Below the pieces are notes generated by a model. The model was not told the origin of the DNA. It saw only the letters and a program-made list of their open reading frames with translations, and did not search any database. From the NCBI RefSeq assembly GCF_009914755.1, contig NC_060926.1: a DNA stretch of 64,000 bases; one strand, written 5' to 3'. Origin of the DNA: the human T2T-CHM13v2.0 reference genome, Homo sapiens. This document shows positions 52,031 to 64,000 of this stretch, in pieces. Numbering within the stretch: position 1 is the stretch's first letter; the number at the start of each line of letters is the position of its first letter. The translations under genes and the position numbers were made by a program.

Positions 52031-52904
52031 TATTAAAACGGTAACACGGATGAGGAGCTTAAGTATCCCTAGGAGTTTTGTTAAAGAGAGCTAAAGTGTA
52101 AAGATGTGACACATGGGCTAAGAGGAGAGGTAGAAAGAAGAGAGTGAGGAGTTGGAAAAAACATTACAGGTACTGAGAACAGCTTTTGTCAGATGCAAAG
52201 ATGAAAGTATAAACTCCTGGTAAGTTTGGTATTTCTAGAACTAAAGTGAAGAGACAGGGGAAAAATGCTAAAAGATTAGGCCAAAAAGGATAGGACCTCA
52301 TCATTAAAGGCCTTGTGTGCCAACTAATACACTTTATTTTATTTTGTGTGGATGGAGAGATCCTAAATAGCTCTAAACAGGGAAATGACGTGATCACACT
52401 GGATTTATTTCTGGAAATGAAAAGATTGATTTTAGAATACCTTAACTGGAAGATTGAAAGACCATAGGCCTATGATTATTTCTGAAGTTAAATGACTATT
52501 AAAGGTTAATGTATAAATAAAAAATTAATTCACCAAGATTAGCTTCTTATCAATAAATGACAATTTAATGCCTGTATCTAAGTGCTTCCTATAGCAAGAC
52601 TCTATGGTAAAAGATCCTGGGAGCCACTGTGACCATAATTTGTTCAAATCTAATAAAAAGGTTTAGTAAAATAGAATCTATATGAAAAATAGCAATGCGG
52701 ACCAAATACTAAGCAGAGTGCTTAATCATTCAATAAAATTTACAGACCACCCACAAAACGTATATCTAAACTCTTTTCATGCAATGTAAATCATAAGCAA
52801 TGTCATCTTACATTGGCATAATGCTGTATAAGCTACTTTCACTGCCACTCCTCCTTTTCCTGCTAAGATTAAAATTTCCATCTTATTAGAGAGGGTTGAA
52901 CATT

Positions 52905-53145
52905 TCATTCACTAAGAAAACATTTTTAAGGTGCTTGGTATATGGCAGGCAGCATTCTAGTTGTTTTACAAATATTTGCTTTTTTAATTCACATAACAAC
53001 CTTATGAGGTGGATGGTATTTTTAACCCCATTATAATATTAGGAAATTGAACTATAGATAAAGAAGCTTGCCCAAGGTCATTAGGCAAAGGCAAAATTTG
53101 AATCTACATAATCTAGCTTCTAAGCCAAGCTCTTAATCACTAGAT
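52905..53145 (-). mobile_element. MIR
   Basis: cacataacaaccttatgagg...aggaaattgaa...gcttgcccaaggtca...gctcttaatcact. Confidence 0.75.
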
Positions 53146-53687
53146 GTACCCTCTCTCATACATGGAAAAATTTTATTCTAAAGGGAATTCTAGGTAACTT
53201 TAACAATTCAAAAAAGGCAACATTTTCCCCTTTTGTTTAATACTACTCTGACACTGCTAAAGATGTCTATGAGATGAAAATAATTCAACTTGTTTGTTCA
53301 TAGATTTCCAAACTAATTGAGATCATCTCTCAGCTGTCTCTTCCATTTGCTTCTCTATAAGCAAAGAGACCACAAACTGACTTGAAAAGAAGACTATTTA
53401 CTCTTTCCTTCTCCTTGTGTTCCAACAAATACCATTCCTACCCTGGCCTTGACACTAATTCCAAAAATCCAAGCTTCTATCTACTGAAGAAAGAACCTAG
53501 CCTTTCCTTGTGTAATTAAAACTTAATTGTAAGCCTGTTTTTTATAGTGTTCATTTCAGACTCTGCTTTCTTAAGACTCCAGTGATCTCTCTATGTTGAT
53601 GTCTAAAGGACCCACGGAAGGTTTAGTCATCACTGAAACAATGTCCACCTTCAAAAAGACAGTGAGGCCGTACACGATTTAAAAAAT

Positions 53688-53973
<286 letters not shown>

Positions 53974-56440
53974 CTACACATAAATACATATAATAGAAGA
54001 AGAAAGGAAAGAAGGGAAAAAAAGAAAATGTACACCTACCAAGACAGTGTGAAAAAATGGCTAACTACACAGTAAATTGAAATAAAAAAATCCAACCTGT
54101 TTTTAGAGCCAGCCTCAGGCTCTTTAGGGAGCCCAAACTGGATCCTTATGCATAAAGTTCTCTGCGAGAGATAATCCTGCTTCTTGGCTTCATTCAAATA
54201 GGAAGCAGAAAGACCAGAGCCAGATACTACTTCCATAGAGGGGCCTTATGGGAAAGAGCCCCTAAGAAACTCAGGTATAATGGCTATGGATATCCCAAAA
54301 AGATAATTTTCAACTGGCCTATTGTCAGCCAGCACAGAAGGCAAATGATGAGTCCTTAAAATTTTCCTACCCACTGTAGTAATAGTAGTTTGCTCTCTAA
54401 GTAAATTTTAAGGGAAGCCTAATTAGAACACACAAACTGCCTATAGGTGGCAATTGCCTCAGTGACCTGGGAGGGAGCTGTGTAAATGAGCTAAGACTAA
54501 AGTTTCTAAGCATTCTTATAAACGCCATAAAAAGCAAGGTGATAGCAAGTGCTGAGGCTTAATATCCTTAGCACCCTCTTTCCTTTACAGGCTTTTAGGT
54601 GCAAAGATGGCAAAAAAAAAAAAAAAAAAAAAAGAGGCCCATAAAAGTCTCCTTAATAGGCTCTGGGTAGAGTGCATGTCACTAACAGCAATTACCATAA
54701 CTGCTGTAATCTGAGATCACAGAAATGGCAAGAACATTTTTTAATTACTTTATTAATGATTTCTGAGAATTTATTTCAGGGCTGAGACACCAAGCTCAAT
54801 AAAGAAGAGGAAGAGGAAGCTTCTATGTTATCCAGATCCACAAAATGCAGCAATATCTGATGCAACTATCCAAAATCATTCTCCTGTGCAGCCATGTTTA
54901 GGGAGAAATGTAGCCTAAGGAGCCAATGATGTCACTGCCTATCATGTTAATAACTGTGACTTCATCCAATTTAAACATACTGAAGGCACTAGGAGTATAG
55001 AGGTATTTTCTAGCACATCTAATTATTGACAGGTTGAGGAGCTTGGAGTTCTAGTTCTAACACACCCTTAAATAAAGTAGTTAACAAGAACAGCTCTTCT
55101 CAAATTATTGTAATCATGCAGGGTTCTGAACCTATCTAATCTTTCCCTTAGGAGAAGCACAAAGTCCACTTCCATTATGAGCTTGTTAACTCCTATAATA
55201 TCTCTCTCTACTGAGAGAGTAAAGATTGTTATGTTTATCATGAAGAAAGATGAAATGGAAAAAAGAGACAACTCTCTTGTGGAGAGTTGTGTTTGCCAAG
55301 AAAGGTCATAGTTCTCTAAAATTTTTTATAATAGAGTTCTGTGTCTTCCTTTGCATTTCAAGGGACAGGGATATCAGGAGAAGAGAAGGAAGGGGGTGGG
55401 AAGAGACAGAGACTACGCCTATGTGCATAATAATAAAACACTTCTATAGCACTGAGTAATCAAAAAGGATATTGTATGTGTGCCCATGTGTGTGTGTACT
55501 TATTACTGGAATGATCTGATTGCCTAAATACCCAATTGATTTCATCTAAAATTGCCTGAATACTTCTGAAATTATGAGTATACCTATACAAAATACAGTA
55601 GAAAGGGGAAATTACATAACAGCACAATGCACTCGATATCTATAATTAACTTTCACATACAGCTTTTATAAAATTTGAATCTTATTATCCTCTCTATTCT
55701 CTATCATGACCAGGCAGAGAAGACACAAAGAATTACATGGAATTCAAACGCTGAACATAACTTTCAGCTACACTCAAAAAATACCTAAGAAAATGTGAAA
55801 AGGAGAAAAAGAAAAATGACACAAACAGCACTTTTAAAGAAATTTGTGAAGCTATTTCTTTTTTGAGACTATTTTACATGGTAGAGAGAATGAACAGAGT
55901 GAACATTTCTTTTTTAATGTTTTGCCCTATAGAGAATATCACACAAAATTATTTTTACCAACATTTGTAAGATATTTGAGAATGTTGGATAGAGAATGGA
56001 AATATAATACCATATTTTTTCATCTTTAATCTCAGTTTCTTAGGCTGTGTCATGGTAGTCCTCTTTAGGATTAAACAAAAAAAAAGCCCTTTGTCTTCTT
56101 GGACAGGAATATTCCTGAACAGGAAATAGTGCTCAGAAAAGCAGTGCATTCAGAGGTATAAGGCATAAGGTTAGAGAAACAGAAGTCTCTTTGCTGTATT
56201 CTTTCTTGCAAGGTCACAGCCACTTAACATTTAAGGAAGGCACAGCTAGATATTACGTGTCCATAGACCATAGTGCATTTTAAATTTCTTGATTTAGAAG
56301 CATGAATAGTTAGGAAAATGTAATTTATTCCATTTCTCTGATTAAACAGCTATTTTCTAACTATGTTAAGAGGAACTTTCTGCATTGGTCATCTGTAGGG
56401 CAAAAAGTTAAAAGAAAACTGTATTTTAAAAGCATGCTCT

Positions 56441-57580
56441 TCAAGAAAATGAGAAGACAAGCCACAGACCAGGAGAAAATATTTGCCAAAGACACATCTG
56501 ACTAAGGACTGTCGTACAAAATATAAAAACAACTGAAAATATGGAAACAAACTCAACAATAAGAAAATGAACAACCCAATTTTTTAAATGGACCGAAAAC
56601 CCTAAAGAGGTACCTCACCAAAAAGATATACAGATAGCCAGTAAGCATATGAGATGTTCAAGGTCAGATGTCACTGGGGAATTTTAAGTTAAAACAACAA
56701 GGAGATAGCATGACACATTAGAATGGCCAAGATCTAAAACACCATATGCTGCTGAGGATGTGGAGAAATAGGAATGCTCATTCATTTCTGGTGGATATGC
56801 AAAATGGTACAACCACTTTGGAAGACAATTTGGCAGTTTTTACAAAACTAAACCTACTCTTACCACGTGATCTAACTATTGTACTCCTTGGTTTTTACAC
56901 AAATTAATTGAAAACTTATGTCCATACAAAAACATGCAAACATGTTTATAGCCAAATGTTTTATTTATAATAGCCAAAACTTGGAAGCAACCAAGATGTC
57001 CTTCGGTAGTAGTGAATAAATAAGCCATGGTACATCCAGACAATAGAATATTAATCTGTGCTAAAAAGAAATGAACTAGCATGCCATGAAAAGACATGGA
57101 AGAATCTTAAATGCATATAGCTAAGTGAAAGAAGTGAGTCTAAAACGGCTACACACTGTATGATTGCACTATATGACACCTGGAAAAGGCAAACCTGTGG
57201 AAACAGCAAAAAGATTAATGGTTGCCTGAGATTACGGGGAGGGAGGGATAAACAGGCAGTGCACAGAGGATTTTAGGGCAGTGAAACTATTCTGTATGAT
57301 ATTGCAGGATGGATATGTGTCATTATATATTCATCAAAACCCATAGAATGTACAACACCAAGAGCAAACTTTAATGTAAACTACGGACTCCAGGTGATGA
57401 TGTGCCAATGTAGGTTCATGGATTGCACTAAGTGTATTACTTTTGGTGCAGAATATTGATAGCAAGGGAGGTTCTATATGTGTGGGGATGGGGAGTATGT
57501 CAGAAATATGTACTTTCCACTCAATTTTGCCGCAAACCTAAAACTGCTTTAAACAATAAAGTTTGCTGATTAGAAAAAAA
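56441..57580 (+). mobile_element. L1MC1-like 3' end (5'-truncated)
   Basis: ccaaaacttggaagcaaccaagatgtccttc...gccatgaaaagacatgga...aataaa; TSD-like aaaagcatg on both sides. Confidence 0.9.
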
Positions 57581-58686
57581 AGCATGTTTATGTACTCTGC
57601 TTTTTAAATGTGAACAAGTTCATTTAAGTATTTAAATATAAAAAAGTTAACATAAATTCAGTGTTTTCTTCAGTCGGTCATCACTGATTTAACATTTTGT
57701 TTCTTGTATTTAACCAAGAGGAGATAGAGAGGCCCCTATCACATCAAGCCAGAGCCCTGCATTAGCTGAGAATAGAACTGTCCAAAGATTCTCCTTCAAG
57801 CTTTGAGGGATTATTGGACCTCATCAGCTTCTATAAATTAGAAGCATTAGCAAGAAATATACATAGCATCAGGGCTGGTAATTTTGAGCATTCCTTTGGT
57901 ATGCGGCATTGATTTTGAACCTATTTAAGGCTTTCTAGCTCACAGAAAAGTATACCTATAAATTATGTTCACTATGACCAGAGAGCAAGCAAGATGGACA
58001 GACAAATTATTGGCAATAAGGGTATCAGAGGGTAAATGCTCCCCCAAATGCCCTTCATATTAGAATAATTCTTCTATATTTAGTTACTTCCCCAAACTCC
58101 CTTCACATATATTGTATTTTTCTCTTAAGCTCTAATTAGTTGTGAGGTAATTCAATCATGATGCATATAATTTGGAAACATATGGGGAAAAGGGGGCTGG
58201 AGAGAGATTCATACCTTATTGTGACTTAGTTGAAATTTATGGTTAAATAGTTTTGATCATCAAAATGATAATTTATGATGTCCCTGGTACTAGGAATTTA
58301 GTAGCTGAGAATAACTTAACATTTCATTACCATTTTTATCGCCATTTTGGAAAACACATCATGAACTTGGAACAGCCAGTCAGCCACATTTATTGAGCAT
58401 CACAGCATAAGAGCCCAATATTGCATAGTATGGGGAAAATACAGAAGAATCTTCTGTTCATAGGTCCAAAATCTAGCTTGCAGAAGCTTAAGTCTTAAAT
58501 AATTGAATAAAAGTTTATATAATCTTATGTAATGTAATCTGAGCCCCCCAAAAAGTGATAAGTATGAATGCCTGCAAAAAGAGGCTCTGAGTATTTAAAA
58601 GGACTAAAATAGCTAATGACATATTGCTAAGAGGAAGAGCAGACTACGAAACCATGCATAAAGAGTCACATAAAAAATATATACAG

Positions 58687-59118
<432 letters not shown>

Positions 59119-60249
59119 CTATATTAATAAAGATAACAGGTTTTATGTTAAAAAGATAAGCCAGAGAAAAAGCTCTTATTGTTATGGATCTAAGAAGAAA
59201 GTGTATAACAAAGAGAGAGAGACAGAGAGAGAGGGAGAATAATTATCTTTTCTCTCCCCCAAGTAGCAAAACTATGGGACTGAAACAGAGTTCAGTTTAT
59301 CTAATAGCAAGGTTTGGGTCTCAACTTTGGTTTGCAAAATGAAGGCTTGATTGCAATTTGAGCCAGGAGGGGGCAGCAAGGAGCTGCTCATGAAAACAAA
59401 ACAAAACACAAAGGCCCACTCCAGGGGCCTTTGGACTGGAAAAAGGAAGGTAGTGGAGCCAAGCAGAGGCGGATGTGATACAGCATAAGTCAGGGAAAAC
59501 ACCGAATGGAGGTGAGTCCAAACACAGCCAATAAAAGGGAACCAATGAGGAAAGACATCACTCCAGAAGCTGAGAGCTGAAAGCAGTCATGGAGGCACAG
59601 GCCAAAGCTGAGTTCTGTGGCAGGTTTAGGTACCAAGAGAGAAATAAGCATCTAAAGAAACAAACAACTCCAAAAGATTGCTCTAAGGGGTGGAATCCAG
59701 AACAAGAAACCCAATGATCTTCATTGGTTCAAATGTCAGGAGCTGAGGGGTCCCATCTAAAATGCTGATAAACAGAGCTATAAAGGATGCCTTCTATGCT
59801 GAAACACAAAACTCCTGTCCTTACCTTTTATGCTCTTATCTATGTGCCCAAGGAACCATGTAATCCCCAGTACAAGAGTAGATCGTATAATTTACACATA
59901 TATAGTGGATCAGAGACCTAATGTAGAGACGACAGCCATGCCCAGTCTTACCCAGCCACACTCACAAATCAAATCCTCCTGCTTATCAGCTTTGGGCTAG
60001 ATTTTGAACTTGGCTTAATTTTAACCCTTTTTCTGGCACCTACAATTTTGTTTGGAAACTAGGCTTGCACTAGGACCATAGGCTTGCATTACATAGATTT
60101 AGAATATTCCTATTTTACTCTTCATCCTTGGACAGAATTTAGCTCTCTTTCTCTCCCTTGCCCTTTCTGCCTATTGATTCCAAAGGCAACGTTGCCTCTA
60201 GATTGGGGGCCCAGAGATAGGATTCAAATCAAAGTATATCGAATTGCAA

Positions 60250-60412
60250 AGCAATTCTCACTGTTGCATAACCTCTCCGAGTCAGTTACCCTATCTTAAA
60301 ACTAATCAAAATGTCAAAGACTTATAAAGAATAATTTATATAATTAACTTACATAAAGCACTTTGTAAAATGCCCTGAATGGTATAGGCGCTTAATAAAT
60401 GCTGGCCATAGT
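60250..60412 (+). mobile_element. MIR fragment
   Basis: ataacctctccgagtcagtt...taaagcactttgtaaa...taggcgcttaataaatgct. Confidence 0.6.
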
Positions 60413-62949
60413 TTTTTATCCTTTGCTATATTCCCTAACAAACCAAACAAAAATCAAAGCACAGTCTTTTCATGGGGCTTATTGGAAAAATGGTCATCAT
60501 ACCCTCTTTCCCTCTATTGTTCCTGTGACATATTTTAAGTATTTATAATTGCTGTTCAGATTGGTGACAATTTTCATTTCACAAAATGACTCTTCTTACA
60601 ATTATGCTTAAAGTCCTCTCTAAATGGTTCTTAAATGTGTTAATTATGCAAGATTTATCACCTGACATATGAAAGGCTAACTTTTCAAATGATTTCAGAG
60701 TAAATGGAATGCTAAGCCCTCTCCCAACCAGTAATAGTAATGTGTTCATTTGAACCAGGTCACGAGCCTGCCTGCCTAGAGAAGTGAAGCCCCTGGAATG
60801 TCTCTGAAGCAAACGGGCAGGTGTGTCTGCATGAAAAAAGGCAAAATCGACCATGGAGCATTGGGTTAAATGCAGGATGATAGGCGACTCTGCAACTCAC
60901 TTTACAATCACTTAACCCCTTTTGGTCCTTTGAGACCTAAAGGTGCTGCTGACAAGAAATGCAAGCCTGTCTGTATAGGTATTATGAGTCCAGGATAATG
61001 GTCACATAGCACTTTGGAAATAAAAAGTATTTAACCCTTCTAGCATGTTCCTCAGTCAAGAACAAAAAAAGGTAACTTTTAAAAGCTCAAATAAGTATGT
61101 ATTCCCCTGTGGGGGGGAAAAGAAACTTCTGGCTGAATTTAATATTACTAACAAAACTACAACTGTAATAGGAGTACTTGAAGGAACAATTTGAGCTTAC
61201 TCAAATTTGTGTCCTTAGAAGGCAGTAAATAAGTTTATCATTTTGACAGGTAAGACCGCCTGAGGTGCTTTGAACAAAAATAGGACACTGTCTTTCTGAT
61301 CGAATGCTTTCATCTGAAGACTTCTTCCCATATCCACAACAGTACTTTGAACTCAAATGACATTTGTTTTATATATTAAATGAAGGGTTCCATTTTCTTG
61401 TCTTTGTTTTCACTAGTGTCCAAAAAATTGTTTCTACATGAAGTAGTAGGACCCCCAAAAAACTCAGTAAATTATTACAGCCCTAATAGAACAAGCAAAG
61501 GTAAAGAAATGGACCCCAAATTCAAGATCAAAATCCATTAAAAAGCTACACCCATGCATTAATGGCTTTGTTAAGAACCAAACAGAAACATCTTTTTTCC
61601 TCACTCCACCCCCTTCAGCTTTACTAAAATAAGCCCAAGGAGCACCATGTCATTGATACTTTTCTTTGAGAATATCAGGGACAATTTAATTGAACACATA
61701 ATAGAATCATTTACCTTTGTGGACCGCTGTATACACTTTCCAAAGTATTTTCACATATATTATTACATATTAGCTTAAATCTTTTACAATCAGGGAAACT
61801 GATGTATACAGAAGTTAAACATCTAGCTCTCAGTTATTAGGCTTATTCATGTGAACTCATGAAGAGACACATCCAGCCAATGGCCACAGATGTCATCCAA
61901 AAATTATTTACAGGTTGGAAATATAAAACCTGAAGGTAACTGAAGCTGGACAGGATTCTCATTTCTACAGTATTTCAAAGGAACCTTTATTTTCAAGAGC
62001 AAGAGCCAAAGATAGACTATTTTACAATCCAATAATGTGTTTGTAAAGCTTTGAATTAACTGAAATTTCTGGATTTTCTGTACTGAAAAGACCATCTCCC
62101 CTTTTTTGCCCTGTGAATTCTTTCTCTGGTAAAGTGGGTGTGTTTGATGACAGTGTAATCAACAATATAGGAGGTAGGATATAGAATTTACATGGTAGTT
62201 TTGAAAAATATTTATGTCACTTTATTCCTACCAGAAGTAACCCATGTCTTTTACACAAGAACATCAAATTTGATGTAGAAAACAGGTGGCAAAAACAAGA
62301 TAGTTAGGAGGATTCCAGGAGAACTCCAGGCACCTAAAAACTCGGGAACATTATCTTCCAGGGACCACAGTTGTGCCAAAATTAATATTTTAAGTATTCA
62401 TTTCCCCTCAAATATGCCAAATGTCTAATATGATTTGCATGTGTGTGATATTAGCTACTTAAACTGCAATCTCAAAGGTATTATGTCAAGGACTGAGAAG
62501 AGGCTTTGTGGAGCATAATGGTGTCCAGTTTGTAAGACCTGCTATGGAGATGTCTTGCTTATGAATCTCCTATGCTGGAGGCCACTTTGGCCACATTCTA
62601 TCAATCTAAATAAAAAGCTATGAAATGAGGACTGGCAGTATTCCGTAAAATATTCCAATCTTACCCAGCATTTATTTCAAAGTGGGTGCCTCTGAGCTCC
62701 TTTAAGCTATTCTCTCAGAAAGAACATTAATGGTGCTTTTTTGTACGCAACATATAGTATCTCTATATTAACTATGAAAATGATTCTACTGAGTACATCC
62801 ATGGGTATGGAAATGACAAACTGTGATTTGATGTAATCTGTAATGAATGAGTAATAGAGTCAAATAACTAAGGGAAGGAATCTATTTTAGAATTCTCACT
62901 GTGATATACAACATGGTTGTTAGACAAATCATAGATAGAACGATCTCTT

Positions 62950-63163
62950 GGCTTAGAGTCCTTTCTATGTTTTATGGCTTGCTTGCGGGGAGAGGAGTTC
63001 TGGTTTCTACAACCTGCTGTGGGGGAGAAACGGGAAAAGGAGAAAGGAGAGTGGGAGAAAGTCAGGGAGAACTTTTTTTCTGAAGCCCTTCCAGCCTCCT
63101 TCAGTCCAAAGTACTCAGCAGGCAAGTGCTGTACTTTGGGGTATTGTGTTCTGAACCCCAATA
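62950..63163 (-). mobile_element. MER31-like ERV1 LTR, 5' part
   Basis: Reverse complement starts tattggggttcagaacacaataccccaaagta...gctgagtactttggactgaagg. Confidence 0.7.
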
Positions 63164-63164
63164 A

Positions 63165-63350
63165 AGTTTGTTGGGAAGTACCCTTAGAATAAATACCTGT
63201 AGGGAGGTTAAGACAGTACCATTGGGCAGAGAACAGTGGAGCTGCACAATAAAACTCCAGATGATTCTAAATTGAGTTCTGGAACTAGACAGACCTTTAA
63301 TACTTCCCCAACTTGAGGCAAGAGGGCTAGGCTCTTAATTAACCCCCTTG
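63165..63350 (-). mobile_element. LTR16-like fragment
   Basis: aatacctgtagggagg...attgggcagag...ttgaggcaagagggct. Confidence 0.45.
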
Positions 63351-63382
63351 TCCATTAACAATTCCTTCAATGCTGGTATCTC

Positions 63383-63500
63383 TGTATTAGTTCAGGCTGC
63401 TATAAAAATTACTGTAGGGCTGGGTAGCTTAAATGAGAACTACTCCTTTCTGTCAGCTCTGGAGGCTGGAAGTTTGAGGTCAGCATGTCAGCATGGTCAC
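63383..63500 (-). mobile_element. MLT1 (A-C type) LTR fragment
   Basis: tgtattagttcaggctgctataaaa...gctctggaggctggaagtttgagg. Confidence 0.75.
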
Positions 63501-64000
63501 TCTATAATAACATGACTCTCAAGCGTTTGCATTTCAATATGTTCACTTCAGTGGGAGGGAAGCAAGGAGGTTACATCTACAGAAATGGGGCACACACAGT
63601 ATCAAAGCTTATTTTATCTGTGCTGTAGCCTGTAATAAACAACTTCTCATACTTGTGGTGATTGCAATTTATTCATGATATTTCAATTTTCCATAAAATA
63701 CTTGTGAATTTCAGGGGAGTATACTGTGCACATGAACATCAGCCTTCCCTCTTATCACAGAATCCAAAAGCATGAAGCATGCTAGTACTTTGCTGTTACC
63801 CAGTAGTTTTAACATTCTATTTCAAGGCTTTCATGAAAGCATAAAAGATGTTTTACTTTTTCTTCCTACCTTTGCCCCCTCTTGATGGAAATGATTTCCT
63901 CAAGCAAGAAAAAAAAGGTTATGACAGCACCATGAGGAAGACACTATTCCAGGAGCTCAGTAATCTGGTCCTTTTCCATTTTCCCAAAGCAACACAGACA

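Overview
This is primate (catarrhine, probably human) non-coding DNA. It is AT-rich and CpG-poor and reads as an intron or intergenic region. No protein-coding gene, tRNA, rRNA or CRISPR array is supported; the listed ORFs fall in repeats or look like chance frames. The window is dense in transposon relics: Alu/FLAM, L1M, L2, MIR, MaLR (THE1/MST/MLT1), MER11, MER34, MER31, LTR16, Charlie1, Tigger2a, MADE1, MER3/5/58/81 and a 2.6-kb HERV-W fragment. I found no evidence of a new multi-gene system. The most notable oddities are: a perfect 37-bp-arm AT-rich palindrome beside a 31-bp minisatellite (18.5-19.1 kb); a HERV-W piece cut at both ends, bounded by a 6-bp direct repeat and carrying an Arg-type PBS; a templated-insertion-like scar inside a THE1D LTR; a miR-548-like MADE1; a probable CR1/L3 fossil; and a few unproven exon and enhancer candidates. 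Repeat names come from recalled consensus sequences, not a database search, and boundaries of old elements are approximate.
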